DNA of 64,000 nucleotides, taken from a virus. Lineage: Duplodnaviria > Caudoviricetes. The position numbers were made by a program, and so were the translations under genes. Below are positions 1 to 11,106 of the stretch, in pieces. The notes beneath the pieces are model-generated. The model was not told the DNA's origin. It worked only from the letters and a program-made list of their open reading frames with translations, and searched no databases. Within the stretch, counting starts at the first letter, position 1. Each line of letters begins with the position of its first letter. The stretch spans positions 1 to 64,000 of IMG/VR virus record IMGVR_UViG_3300021958_000023; one strand, written 5' to 3'.

Positions 1-1
1 C

Positions 2-3000
2 TCAGCCTCTACCGCAAATGAGGCTGACAATCGTCCCACAATTGATACTGACACCTATTTTACACTCACCTCAAACATCACTTCAAATACTGATACAGGT
101 CGTGGAACCTATCAGGCAGGACCAGTGGTAGCCTATGACTGGGAATCAACACACTCACTCTATCTCTCATCTGGCACAGTCAACGCTGCCACAGATCAAA
201 TCACTTGGACTGCGCACGGACTCTACAGCAACTTCTGCCTACTCTTTAACACTCCGCGCAAAGGCGAGAGTGATGGTGGCATGACTGATGGAACTGTCTA
301 CTATGTGACACGCATTGATGATGATACTTTTGAGCTCTACTCAGATATTGCGCGCACCTCAAAGGTGAATCTCACCACTCCTCTTAACACCTATGGCTTG
401 TGCCGTCTTGGACTTGTATATCGCATCTACTCGTCTACTGGACAGACACGTCGTACAATATATACTTCAACTGCTGGAGGTACAGAGAATCGTTATGCAG
501 GATACTTCTATATGAATAATCCAAAGAATTCATACTCACTGCGCACAATTAACCTCTCATCCTACTTTTCAAATCCCATTGGAACCGTTCGTGTAAACAA
601 TATCTACACCTATGGTGATTTAGGCGGTTATCGTGAGTTTATGTATCACTACTTTCAATACAACACACCTGCGAGAAACTACTATCAACGATATAATGGG
701 TATATCTATCCTAACTTAGAGTTGAATGGTAACTCTGTCTACACATCAGGTTCTAACACCTATATGCGTTGGTCGATCTATATCCGTTCGTCAGTGAGTT
801 ATATCTACTATCGTTTGTATCTTACAAATACATATACCGTAGCTCCTACCACAGAGGCTGATTTTTCTTATTCAGGATCTGACCTCTATGGTGAAGCCTA
901 TGGAGCAGGACTAGTAGCTCCAGATCGTCTTATCGCGTTTCAGGGAGACGATCCGTCGAGCACCTACGCATACTCCTCAGAACAGTTTTCGTATCTAGCA
1001 AATCAGCGAGAAAAAGGCAGACACGGAACTATTGCTGCACAGTATAACTATCCTCTTGCTAGCACAGACGAAGCAGGCAGTTTTAATGTAGGTTATAACT
1101 CTTCTACAGTAACACCAGGAACTGCTTCAGAGATATTCTATATATTTTCAAGAACACTCACATCAGCCAGAAACACCATCTATGCTCCGAATCACGGTAT
1201 CGCTTCTGGAGCCACAGTATTTCTTGTAATTCCGTCAACAGAGTATGCAGCAGGAGAACGTTTCGTTTTCTCTGACTCTACTGGTAACTCAACTACTATC
1301 AATCAGGCCACTATTGAGGCAACTGTTACAGTAGTCACCGCAGACATAATTAAAGTGACTCTAGCAGTCACTCCGAATACAGATGACATTCAGTCATTTC
1401 CAAGTGCCTTTTCAATTGAGTATCGTGTTCAAAACTCGCTCTACAACTCAATCTACATTCTAAACCACAAAATCTCTGGTACAGCTCGTGCTCAGTATTT
1501 TGCAGAAGGTAATGATGAAGGCAATCGTGTGTATCAAATTACTGCGGATGGATCTGCAGCATTTTTATTCACAGAGTATGATATTGGTGATAACATCTCA
1601 AACCCGTCACTCACTCTCTATCGTGGCGAAACATATAGATTTGATTTAAATGCTTCTGGACATCCATTCTACTTTACTACTGATAACGGAGCTGGATACT
1701 CGGCTGGAGGATATGTAGGAGAGTATACCACAGGAGTATCAAACTCACGTTCCGAAACTGGAAATGTAGTATTTGCAGTAGGTGCTTCTACTCCTCACAC
1801 ACTCTACTATCAGTGTGGTGTGCATGCACTCATGAATGGAACTGTTGAAATTCGTGACAAAGGTGTTGAAATTGGCGGTCTGTCTAATGGTCAGTTCTAC
1901 GAAATTTCACGTGCAACTGATTCTCGTATCACTCTACGCGCTCTTAACACAGTATCTGCGTCAAATGTCACTGGAGCAATTGGTGCTGCTAATAATAACA
2001 CTGTCACATACTTTGTAGACATTGAAACACCTCTTGGATCTGCTGTTACAACTGCTTCGATTACAAAAGTAGAGTTCAGAGGTGACTTTGGTAATCAGAA
2101 CGAATATGTTGTGATGAGTTTTAGTGATGGCGATGAATATTTTGTTGGTACAAGCGGTCAAGATACTTCAAACTACTTAACAGAAGGATTCTTTGGAACT
2201 AAAAATATCTCTCAAATTCTAAAAACTGAGGGTGGAAAAGTAGGATTTGATGTAACAATTAACCCAACTTCACAGGTTAACTTTGGTCGCTACTTAGCCG
2301 GAAACAAATACTATGAAATCAGATTTACTGTGAGCGGAGATGCTGGTACTGTGACTCTTAACACAGCCTCAACTAGTGGTAAACAGGAGTTTATTGTTGA
2401 TTCAGTAGTTGGCGCCTATGATGGAGTTTTCCCAATCACCACAACACCAAGTCCAAAAACATTTACCTTTGAGTCAGACTTTAAGATTCCAAGAAGACAC
2501 TATGACTTTATTTCTTCAAATGTAGACACTGGAACTGGAGTAATCACTCTCATTGATGATCATAACCTTGTGACTGGAGAAGAACTTACCTACTCACCAG
2601 GACAAAATGACTCAATACTTACAGCTGGTGAAGGTGGTAATGTATTTGCAATTAGTATTACCGCTAACACATTTGCTCTTGCTGACTCTTCTCAAAACGC
2701 GCTTAACAATTCAAAACTATCACTCACTGCTCCAACAGGAACTCACACAGTAAGAAGTGATGGTATCGTTAAACTTGTTACTGGAACTGGTTTGATCAGT
2801 GTAGCAGCTAACGGAACTTCAGTGACTGGAACTGGTACTTCATTCTTAACTGATTTCAAGCGTTTTGATGATATCTATATTCCAACCGATGGTTATATTC
2901 AGCCATTTACAGTAGATCAGATTACAACTGATTCTAATATGACACTCTATGATGCAACTCCAGCACTAGCAGCTAATGTGACCTATCAATATTCAACACA

Positions 3001-4906
3001 GTTAATTCTACGTCCAGACGGTTATTCTCTACACCTTCCATTTGACGGTGGTGTTGACATTACAGCCGGAACTTCGCCAAACTCAAAAATTACTCGTCAA
3101 ACACGTAAGTATTTTAGATATCAGTCTGGTAAAGGTATTCAAAACTCAGTTGCGATTAACTTTAATCCAGCAAAGATTATGCAAGACTTAATTAAAACCA
3201 GTGGTAATGTTGCTACTGTAAATACTCAAGAAGCGCACAATCTAAAAGTAGGTGATGAAATTACAATTGACGGAGCTGTGGTAACTACAGGTAATAACTA
3301 CTTTAACGGTGATTTTGCTGTCAGTGAAACTGCTAATGATTTCCAATTCAAGTATGTAATGGAAGCAGAACCAACACAAGCAAAAGCAGGAGGATTTCCA
3401 ACCTATGTTAGAAAATCATGGTTAGATTCTTATGTTCGCACAGGAATGTTTGATGATCAGAATGGATTCTTCTGGGAGTTTGATGGTCAAAAACTCTACT
3501 GTGTAAGACGCTCCTCAACACTGCAGATTGCAGGATCTGTCAATGTAACTCGTGGTTCTCAAGTTGTAGAAGGAGTGCTAACCTCATTTACTACTCAGCT
3601 TTCAAGAGATGATAAAGTAGTAATTCGTGGACAAACCTATCAAATTGTAGAAGTATCCTCAGATCTTCGCATGGTTGTGCAGCCTGCTTATCGTGGAGTA
3701 ACAGCCGCAAAAGTTAAAGTAACTAAAACTGTCGATACTCGCATTCCACAAGACGAGTGGAATTTAGATGTAGCAGACGGAACAGGCCCAAGTGGATTCG
3801 TTCTTAATACTACAAAGATTCAGATGGCCTACTCAGACTTCTCTTGGTATGGTGCAGGTAAGATTCGTTTTGGGTTCAAAGACCAAAAAGGTCATGTGAA
3901 GTATGTGCATGAGTTTAGACACAACAACCGTTTGAATGAATCATACTTTAGATCAGGTAACCTTCCAGGACGCTATGAAATTGAAAACGGTCCACAAGCT
4001 ACAACAGCTCCAACTCTCTTCCACTTTGGTACTTCTGTAATCATGGACGGAACATTTGATGATGATAAGGCCTATCTATTTACTCGTCAATCTCGTCCAA
4101 TGGCTTATACTAATGGTGGTTCGTCATCGTTTACCTCAAGTGCTGTTTCTACTTTTGAACAGATTACTCTAAATGGTAAGCGTGTGTATGTGTATTCTAT
4201 TCCAGTATCTAATGTAAACGCAGCTGCTACCACAGTAGGTGACCAGATTCGAGATGCTAGTAATGCAAACTTACCAGAAGGAACCTATGTTACACAGATT
4301 AAAGTTGATGGATCGAACTCAAAGATTTATACTAACTATCCAGCATTAGCTACACAGCCTTCTGCAGCTATCTATAATGATATCTCAAGTGGTGCAACAA
4401 TCACAGTTGGAGAACAAGAAGCAATTGACCTAACTCGTCCTCTACCGCTCGTTAGTTTGAGACTAGCTCCTTCAGTTGACTCTTCACTAACAGGATCAGT
4501 TGGAGAGCGTGAAATTATTAACCGAATGCAGCTAGCTCTAAAACAGGCTGGTATTACAACTAATCAGGGTGTAGAAGTGTTCTTGATTATTAATGCACTT
4601 CCATCTCAACTCTCATTTGAAGATGCTGACAAACCATCACTCTCAGAGATTATTGAGCACTCAGCTGGAGAAACATTAACTGGTGGTACAACAATTCTAG
4701 CTACAAAAGCTTCTGCCGGTTCTGTAGAAATTGACTTAGCAGAGTTGTTAGAGCTTGGTAACTCAATCTTAGGTGGTGATGGAATCTTCCCAGCTGGTCC
4801 TGACCTTCTTACAGTTGCTGTGCAGCCACAGTCTACGGCTTCAGTGACCTACTCAACTCCTTTTGAAGTCAGTGGTAAAATTTCATGGTCTGAATCTCAG
4901 GCATAA
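2..4906 (+). CDS. Very large virion structural / tail-associated protein (5' end lies outside the window) with an internal cupredoxin-like domain
   Basis: Frame is open from position 2; T/S/G-rich beta composition; GHPFYF...YYQCGVHALM motif; C-terminal region typical of marine T4-like structural proteins. Confidence 0.75.
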   Translation, partial: SASTANEADNRPTIDTDTYFTLTSNITSNTDTGRGTYQAGPVVAYDWESTHSLYLSSGTVNAATDQITWTAHGLYSNFCLLFNTPRKGESDGGMTDGTVYYVTRIDDDTFELYSDIARTSKVNLTTPLNTYGLCRLGLVYRIYSSTGQTRRTIYTSTAGGTENRYAGYFYMNNPKNSYSLRTINLSSYFSNPIGTVRVNNIYTYGDLGGYREFMYHYFQYNTPARNYYQRYNGYIYPNLELNGNSVYTSGSNTYMRWSIYIRSSVSYIYYRLYLTNTYTVAPTTEADFSYSGSDLYGEAYGAGLVAPDRLIAFQGDDPSSTYAYSSEQFSYLANQREKGRHGTIAAQYNYPLASTDEAGSFNVGYNSSTVTPGTASEIFYIFSRTLTSARNTIYAPNHGIASGATVFLVIPSTEYAAGERFVFSDSTGNSTTINQATIEATVTVVTADIIKVTLAVTPNTDDIQSFPSAFSIEYRVQNSLYNSIYILNHKISGTARAQYFAEGNDEGNRVYQITADGSAAFLFTEYDIGDNISNPSLTLYRGETYRFDLNASGHPFYFTTDNGAGYSAGGYVGEYTTGVSNSRSETGNVVFAVGASTPHTLYYQCGVHALMNGTVEIRDKGVEIGGLSNGQFYEISRATDSRITLRALNTVSASNVTGAIGAANNNTVTYFVDIETPLGSAVTTASITKVEFRGDFGNQNEYVVMSFSDGDEYFVGTSGQDTSNYLTEGFFGTKNISQILKTEGGKVGFDVTINPTSQVNFGRYLAGNKYYEIRFTVSGDAGTVTLNTASTSGKQEFIVDSVVGAYDGVFPITTTPSPKTFTFESDFKIPRRHYDFISSNVDTGTGVITLIDDHNLVTGEELTYSPGQNDSILTAGEGGNVFAISITANTFALADSSQNALNNSKLSLTAPTGTHTVRSDGIVKLVTGTGLISVAANGTSVTGTGTSFLTDFKRFDDIYIPTDGYIQPFTVDQITTDSNMTLYDATPALAANVTYQYSTQLILRPDGYSLHLPFDGGVDITAGTSPNSKITRQTRKYFRYQSGKGIQNSVAINFNPAKIMQDLIKTSGNVATVNTQEAHNLKVGDEITIDGAVVTTGNNYFNGDFAVSETANDFQFKYVMEAEPTQAKAGGFPTYVRKSWLDSYVRTGMFDDQNGFFWEFDGQKLYCVRRSSTLQIAGSVNVTRGSQVVEGVLTSFTTQLSRDDKVVIRGQTYQIVEVSSDLRMVVQPAYRGVTAAKVKVTKTVDTRIPQDEWNLDVADGTGPSGFVLNTTKIQMAYSDFSWYGAGKIRFGFKDQKGHVKYVHEFRHNNRLNESYFRSGNLPGRYEIENGPQATTAPTLFHFGTSVIMDGTFDDDKAYLFTRQSRPMAYTNGGSSSFTSSAVSTFEQITLNGKRVYVYSIPVSNVNAAATTVGDQIRDASNANLPEGTYVTQIKVDGSNSKIYTNYPALATQPSAAIYNDISSGATITVGEQEAIDLTRPLPLVSLRLAPSVDSSLTGSVGEREIINRMQLALKQAGITTNQGVEVFLIINALPSQLSFEDADKPSLSEIIEHSAGETLTGGTTILATKASAGSVEIDLAELLELGNSILGGDGIFPAGPDLLTVAVQPQSTASVTYSTPFEVSGKISWSESQA

Positions 4907-4915
4907 GGAGGTTCT

Positions 4916-6229
4916 GTGTCCAAACGAATTACAGTAAAACGCTCTGCTAACGCTACTGCAATAGAGTCAAATGGAACACTAGTTTGGGATTTTGAAGCAT
5001 ATAAACTTCGAGTGCACGACGGCGCCACAGAAGGCGGTCGTGCATTTTCTTTTACTCCCACAGGTTTTGGATATGTATTTCCAACTCCAGCTCCTGTAGC
5101 AGTTGCTGCTCGTAATAATCAAGGTGATACTTTTGGATACACTTTTTACGCAGCTCCTCAATTCTCGCTTACAGATCCTGTCACGACCGAAAAATATGCT
5201 TATGCTAGTGAGACTCCTGCAACAGTTAATACACCAACTAAAACTGGAGCAGCAAAGTTTGGATGGAGTTCGCGTGAAGGATATGGATATACCGCCTTTG
5301 GGTATAACTGGCCTACCTCAACTGCAAACTCTCCTTTTATCAATCCCACGCCTGTTTACAGTATAGGACCTTCTAGTGTAGAAGCGATTGCTTTTGCGTC
5401 TGATACTTGGAGTGTTAAATCAACAGCTCCATACTTTCTCTATACATCCTTTCCTGGTAGTGGGGCGCCAACTAACTTTCAGCGTCATACAAACTATAAT
5501 ACTAGCGGCGGACAGTCGTTAGCAGGACCATCAGATGGGTTTGTATTCGGAGGTAAAACTCCACGCTCAGGACCAGGAGTCAATCCAACTACTCGTTCTT
5601 ACTATCACCTTGAACAGTTTGGAGGTAAACGAGTTCCTTTTTCAGCAGATGATACAGTGCAATCCATGCCAAATTATCCATACCAGGAAAATACTACACG
5701 CCATGGATTTGCATCAGAAGACTTTGCCTATCTAGCAGGAGGCACAAATGTTAATCCTGATGGGTCTCCAGCATTTCTATATTATCCAGGCTCAAGCACT
5801 TCAGTAAATACAACTCAAGTTGATAAAATGGCTTTTTCTAACTACGCATGGAGTGCAAACATTGCAGATACAGGAACTGCAAGCTCTCGTAATGGTTTAT
5901 CACATAATTCTAATGAAGCAGGCTATGTAACAGGAGGTTCAGGACCTTCAGGAGCTGTTTATAACATAGCGAAAATGCCTTTTACTTCAGACACTCCTTT
6001 TACAGTGCTTTCAGGAGCAATTAGCACACCTACAGGACCTCCTTCATTTGTTGTAAATGGCCCATCAACTTCTTCAACTGTTTATGGTTTTTCAGTAATA
6101 CAAAATCCCTATAGTCCTCTATATCAGAGTGTTACTAGATTTCCTTTTTCTTCAGAAGATACTTTTACAGATGTTGGAGAACTAAACAACAACAACAATA
6201 AAAACAGTCCAAGTTATATTGCAAACTAA
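4916..6229 (+). CDS. Tail fibre/adhesin with Mtd_N-like N-terminus and Kelch-like propeller repeats
   Basis: KRITVKRS...LRVHDGATEGG N-terminus; repeats such as RFPFSSEDTFTDVGEL; GGAGG RBS before GTG start. Confidence 0.65.
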   Translation: MSKRITVKRSANATAIESNGTLVWDFEAYKLRVHDGATEGGRAFSFTPTGFGYVFPTPAPVAVAARNNQGDTFGYTFYAAPQFSLTDPVTTEKYAYASETPATVNTPTKTGAAKFGWSSREGYGYTAFGYNWPTSTANSPFINPTPVYSIGPSSVEAIAFASDTWSVKSTAPYFLYTSFPGSGAPTNFQRHTNYNTSGGQSLAGPSDGFVFGGKTPRSGPGVNPTTRSYYHLEQFGGKRVPFSADDTVQSMPNYPYQENTTRHGFASEDFAYLAGGTNVNPDGSPAFLYYPGSSTSVNTTQVDKMAFSNYAWSANIADTGTASSRNGLSHNSNEAGYVTGGSGPSGAVYNIAKMPFTSDTPFTVLSGAISTPTGPPSFVVNGPSTSSTVYGFSVIQNPYSPLYQSVTRFPFSSEDTFTDVGELNNNNNKNSPSYIAN

Positions 6230-6237
6230 GAGGAACT

Positions 6238-7335
6238 ATGGCAACAATTAAAGTATTACGCGGAAACACATCATCAATTGCAAACTATGCTGGTCAGGCA
6301 GGTGAAGTAGCGCTCAACTATGAAACAGGCAATCTAGTGTTCTGGACAAATACTGCAAATACATACTATACTCTAGCGAGAGAAGGGGCTGATACACCTA
6401 TTTATACTCCTCTACAAGGATCTACTTCAGGGTACTCTGCAGGCGGCTCTAATCCCCCATCTACCCCAACCTATACTAATATTATAGATAAGTTTCCTTT
6501 TTCATCAGATACTTCTGCAACAGATATTGCTAATCTAACAACAGTTAAAATAGGAATGGCAGGACAAAAAGGGTCAACTCATGGTTATTTTAGCGGAGGT
6601 TCGGTCGATATCCCAACTCAGGGTTCCGATGATCAAATTCAAAAATTTTCTTTTACTAGCGATTCAGATGCAGTAAATATTGGAACTTTAACAGGCGATA
6701 GACATTATACTTCTGGGCAGTCTAGTCTTACACATGGATACACTTCTGGCGGTATAGATTGGGTACCAACACCCTTCTCCCTTACCTATGTAGATACTAT
6801 TGATAAGTTTCCTTTTTCTTCAGATACAAATGCAAGCGATGTAGGAGAATTAGGTGTAACAGGGGGAGGACCTGGAGTAGCCGGAGGATCCTCACAAACG
6901 CACGGTTATGTAGTTGGAGGAGGAACGCCTACGCTTGCAGTTCGAGATGCAATACAAAAATTTTCTTTTTCATCTGACTCTTCTTCTATAGATGTAGGAG
7001 AAATAGGAGTAGATCATCCAAATGCTATGGCTGTGTCTTCAAGTACAAATATTTACATGTATGGACAGTTCCCAAGCCCTTATACTGGACCAGCTACTGC
7101 AGTACGTAAAGCTCCTTTTATATCAGATACTCCTGCAACTGAAGTTTTACAAATGGCGGCGGCAACGTACCAAGGCGGCGGAGCAAGCTCTACTACTGAT
7201 GGATATTTTCTTGGAGGTCGTTATGGTCCAGTAGTTGATTTTATACAAAAGTTTCCTTTTTCATCTGATACAGATGCAGTTGATATAGGAGAATTAGTAC
7301 TCGGGCGTTTTTGGATAACAGGAAATCAAACATAA
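6238..7335 (+). CDS. Tail fibre/adhesin with KFPFSSDT..DVGEL propeller repeats
   Basis: MATIKVLRG..GQAGEVALN N-terminus; about 6 repeats of GY..GG...KFPFSSD. Confidence 0.7.
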   Translation: MATIKVLRGNTSSIANYAGQAGEVALNYETGNLVFWTNTANTYYTLAREGADTPIYTPLQGSTSGYSAGGSNPPSTPTYTNIIDKFPFSSDTSATDIANLTTVKIGMAGQKGSTHGYFSGGSVDIPTQGSDDQIQKFSFTSDSDAVNIGTLTGDRHYTSGQSSLTHGYTSGGIDWVPTPFSLTYVDTIDKFPFSSDTNASDVGELGVTGGGPGVAGGSSQTHGYVVGGGTPTLAVRDAIQKFSFSSDSSSIDVGEIGVDHPNAMAVSSSTNIYMYGQFPSPYTGPATAVRKAPFISDTPATEVLQMAAATYQGGGASSTTDGYFLGGRYGPVVDFIQKFPFSSDTDAVDIGELVLGRFWITGNQT

Positions 7336-9854
7336 TGGCAACAATTAAGTGGAAACGAGCAAACAAAACTTCTCATGCTAACAACTATTTGGGAGCAAAT
7401 GGCGAAGTTGTGATTGACATGGAACAGAACCGCATATTTTTATATGACGGCTCAAATGCCTATGTCAGTAACACTTTTGTGAGCGCTCCTGGTACAACAT
7501 ACACACCTCCTGTAGTGGAAGAAGAAATAACAGTTGCTTGGTCTCTATCTACTCTTACAGGCACAGAATCTACTGGTGTATGGGCCTCTCCTCCTGTTGG
7601 TTATGCTATATCCGTTTCTCCAGATGGTAAAAACTACTTCACAATTGATGGTGGTAACGATTCAGTATTTCAATGGAAATCAGATGTAGCTAATGATTTA
7701 GCTAATGCGCGTATATATACACGGCATTTTGTTGAATATGATGGTGTGGGTATGTCTCCTGTAGATTTAGACTTTAGGTCAGACGGAAAAGCTATGTATC
7801 TGCTTGACAATACCTTAGATTCGATTTTTGAATTTCCACTAGCAGAACCATGGGATCTTAAAACTATCAAATGGATAAACCAAGCTAATGCTAGAAGTGT
7901 AGTTTCAGAGTTAACAGTTCCCTCAGCTCTTCATGTAAGAAGCAACAGCTATTTTTATGTTTTAGGATCTACAACCGACACAGTTTATGAGTATTCATGG
8001 GTTGCAGGAAACGCAGCCAGTGCTACTGCAACTGGTGCTAGTTTTTATATTGGAGGTCAAGAAACTGCTCCACAAGGCCTATCATTCAAACCAGATGGCA
8101 GTGAGATGTATGTTACTGGAACAACAGGAGATGATATCAATAGATATATAATGACCACTCCTTGGGATATTGCTAATGCTTCGTTCGATACAGAATATGC
8201 TTTAGGAACAACTACTGGACAAAATCCAGGCGGTTTATATATAACCAACAATCATCTCTATACTGCTAGTAGCACGCAAGATAATGTGCAGTTATGGACA
8301 ATGAGTTCAGAGTGGGATTTATCTACAAGAAGCCATGTAGCTAATCTTTCAACTTCGTATGATATGGGTGGTACTGGAGACAGTTCTGACATCTATGGAT
8401 TAAGATTCTCTTCAGATGGGCTCAATCTTTACTTAGTAGACCTTAGAAGAGTAGCGCAGTGGAAACTTGATGTTCCTTGGGTTTTAAGTAGTGCCTCAAA
8501 CAAACCGTATGCAGTGTTAAACACTGAAGGAGGTATGGGCTTTTATAATTTATTTGGCCTAGCCTTCAAATATGATGGAACTAAAATGTACCCAATGAGA
8601 GATCCTCAACTAGGAGAATATAATTTAAGCACTGCTTGGGATCTTTCGACTGCTACTTATGTAGGAGTTGGAAACATCAACTCAACAGGATCTCCTTATG
8701 ATGTTGAATGGAGCTATAACGGTAATTATCTCTATCTTGTAACTAGCACTACAGTCTATCAATATGATGTATATTCAGCTGTTGGAGATAGTGGAAGATG
8801 GAGTGTTTCTGCATTGGGTAGTACCGTTGTTACAACAGTCACTGCTGGATCTTGGAAAACTATACGAGTAAGCGATGATGGTAATTTATCTTATTGGACG
8901 CAAACAAACGGAACTATAGATGTCTATGAACTTTCAACTCCTTATGATTTGTCATCAACACGCACATTAAAAGCATCTATCGGCACAGGCTCTGGATCAG
9001 GTTATGGGCATGGCATACTTGTAGACGGCGGAAGTAAAGTAGTATGGGGACAAGGTCCAGCAAGCATACTGAGATCTGCTAACTTAAGAGTAGCAAATGC
9101 AGCCTATGATAGTTCTACAATCACATTTAACGAACTAGACGCTTCTTCTATCTCTACCTCATGGAGAGATATAGTAGTTAAAGATGATGGAACTCGTATG
9201 TGGGGAGTAGAAGTCTCAGGAGATACAGTTCAACAATGGAATCTTTCTGAAGCCTATAATGTGGCATCAGCTACTGCAAATGGTAGTTTTTATGTTGGTT
9301 CACAAGAACTATTACCAAATGGTATTTGTTGGTCTGCTAATGGAACAATATTTTACATAACAGGAGGCAATGATACAGTCTACAAATACGATACTACTGT
9401 TGCTTGGGATATTAATTTTGCCTCTTATACTAGTGATTCTAAAGTGTTAGGAGGCGATATATATAGTTTTGTTATTACTCCAGACGGTTTATCTATGTAT
9501 GCAGGGACAAATTCTGTTATGCAAAAATGGGTAATGGATACACCACATGACATCATCAATGCAACACAGGTTTGGAGCGATGATCCAGCAGATTTTTTAA
9601 ATAACAGAGCTTATAATCTACAATATAATAGTGATGGCACTAAACTGTGGTTAATGGACTACCAAAAACATTCCATCCGCGAGCTTAAATTGGCTGTTCC
9701 TTATGATTTAGACTATATGACTATAGACGAAGATTATGTATGGCAGTTTGATACTGCAAATGCTGTAATAGGTGCTTGGGTAAGTGAAAGTGGTAATGTA
9801 GTTTTTGGAATAGATCTCAGTAGTAATAAAATCACAGGATTTAGAGGCAACTAA
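7335..9854 (+). CDS. Tail fibre/adhesin with beta-propeller repeats (F..DG..MY / LST.WDLS)
   Basis: ATG overlaps the upstream TAA (TAATG); Mtd_N-like start MATIKWKRAN..GANGEVVID; many WD(I/L)S repeats. Confidence 0.7.
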   Translation: MATIKWKRANKTSHANNYLGANGEVVIDMEQNRIFLYDGSNAYVSNTFVSAPGTTYTPPVVEEEITVAWSLSTLTGTESTGVWASPPVGYAISVSPDGKNYFTIDGGNDSVFQWKSDVANDLANARIYTRHFVEYDGVGMSPVDLDFRSDGKAMYLLDNTLDSIFEFPLAEPWDLKTIKWINQANARSVVSELTVPSALHVRSNSYFYVLGSTTDTVYEYSWVAGNAASATATGASFYIGGQETAPQGLSFKPDGSEMYVTGTTGDDINRYIMTTPWDIANASFDTEYALGTTTGQNPGGLYITNNHLYTASSTQDNVQLWTMSSEWDLSTRSHVANLSTSYDMGGTGDSSDIYGLRFSSDGLNLYLVDLRRVAQWKLDVPWVLSSASNKPYAVLNTEGGMGFYNLFGLAFKYDGTKMYPMRDPQLGEYNLSTAWDLSTATYVGVGNINSTGSPYDVEWSYNGNYLYLVTSTTVYQYDVYSAVGDSGRWSVSALGSTVVTTVTAGSWKTIRVSDDGNLSYWTQTNGTIDVYELSTPYDLSSTRTLKASIGTGSGSGYGHGILVDGGSKVVWGQGPASILRSANLRVANAAYDSSTITFNELDASSISTSWRDIVVKDDGTRMWGVEVSGDTVQQWNLSEAYNVASATANGSFYVGSQELLPNGICWSANGTIFYITGGNDTVYKYDTTVAWDINFASYTSDSKVLGGDIYSFVITPDGLSMYAGTNSVMQKWVMDTPHDIINATQVWSDDPADFLNNRAYNLQYNSDGTKLWLMDYQKHSIRELKLAVPYDLDYMTIDEDYVWQFDTANAVIGAWVSESGNVVFGIDLSSNKITGFRGN

Positions 9855-9855
9855 T

Positions 9856-9879
9856 AAAAAAGAGGGCTTGCGCCCTCTT
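9856..9879 (-). terminator. Intrinsic terminator at convergent gene junction
   Basis: AAGAGGGC-GCAA-GCCCTCTT followed by a T-run on the minus strand. Confidence 0.8.
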
Positions 9880-9904
9880 AAGTTTGTCTCTAAGAGACAT
9901 AGGA

Positions 9905-10114
9905 TTATTCTAGTCCAAGTTCACGCCAAGTAGCTCCTTCAACCACACAAGTCACATCCCCATAAGCATTGACTGCATATAACGATCCAATATCATATGT
10001 CTTACCCATGAAGTGTAGAAAATGCTTTTTTGCTTCTTCAAGTGAGTCAAAAGTTTCTGTCCACCCCATTGGGTCATCAATCGACCGATAGAAAAAAGTG
10101 ATATTATCACTCAT
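9905..10114 (-). CDS. Hypothetical phage protein
   Basis: ORF in a tightly packed minus-strand cluster. Confidence 0.55.
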   Translation of the reverse strand: MSDNITFFYRSIDDPMGWTETFDSLEEAKKHFLHFMGKTYDIGSLYAVNAYGDVTCVVEGATWRELGLE

Positions 10115-10293
10115 CTACTTGCGCTTCTTTGCAAGTGCTTCTTCGCGTGCTTTAATACGCGCAACAGTCCAAGGTTGTTTAACCTGTAGTCCTTCGATGC
10201 GTGCTTTAATTTCTGCGTGATTGAACTGTGGCTCAGTCACAATCTTGCCATTTTTAACCTTCAATCCACAATCAAGTGTTACGCCTTCATACA

Positions 10294-10668
10294 TTATTGA
10301 ATCTCCCATTCACAAATTTCTGCTACGGCTGGATGTTCATTCATAAATTCATCCATTTGATCTTCAGTCACATAGTATTGTAATGCACAATACAAATTCA
10401 CAACCATATCCCAAGTATCATCGTCTTCTGGTCCTTCAGCTAGAGAAACCATAAACTCTTGTAGTGAGGATATAGTTACTGCATCTTTTTGTTCTGGTGT
10501 TAATTCTATCTGCATCGTTTTACCTTTCTCTAACTCTTTTCGAGCCATATCAACAATGATATCTTTTGCATTTATAACTACCCACTGATAACCATGTGTT
10601 ATTATCATTTCGGTTAGTCTGCCGTGATCTATGAGTTTTAGCCTATCATCATTAGCCATCTCAGCCAT
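10294..10668 (-). CDS. Hypothetical phage protein
   Basis: ORF with GAGGTGG RBS, abutting its neighbours. Confidence 0.55.
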   Translation of the reverse strand: MAEMANDDRLKLIDHGRLTEMIITHGYQWVVINAKDIIVDMARKELEKGKTMQIELTPEQKDAVTISSLQEFMVSLAEGPEDDDTWDMVVNLYCALQYYVTEDQMDEFMNEHPAVAEICEWEIQ

Positions 10669-10886
10669 TATACCACCTCTGAATAAGGTGTTTTATACCA
10701 GAGATCATACATATAAGGCATACTTGGACCCCACACATCTTCTACTGCGCACTCTACTGCTTCAGTTGGAGAAAGTTCGTCACTGTGATATTCCGCCCAA
10801 AGACAATCTTCCAAGTCATCAGATGAAAGACCAAAAGCCTTTACACAAACTACATCTACCTGTTTTTTCCACTCGTCAAATTTCAT
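10668..10886 (-). CDS. Hypothetical acidic phage protein
   Basis: AAGGAG RBS; upstream TTGCTT-N17-GATAAT promoter. Confidence 0.6.
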   Translation of the reverse strand: MKFDEWKKQVDVVCVKAFGLSSDDLEDCLWAEYHSDELSPTEAVECAVEDVWGPSMPYMYDLWYKTPYSEVV

Positions 10887-11106
10887 CCTATGCTCCTTTT
10901 TTCTGATTATGATAAATTATCTCATAAAAATAGGCTTTAAGCAAGTTTAAGATTTATTTTGTTGGAACTGATATTTAAGAACTTCTGCTTCTTTTTTAGA
11001 AGGAACGGCACGAGCATTGACAATATCTCCTGTAGAGTCACGCTCAATCACTTGCCACATCTTTGCAGGGTAAGCAGGTTGCCAATCATTCTTAAACTCA
11101 AACACT

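Noticed and set aside
4916-9854. Diversity-generating retroelement, suggested by Mtd_N-like N-termini and AAC-rich 3' ends
   Set aside because: No reverse transcriptase and no template/variable repeat pair differing only at adenines was seen in the window
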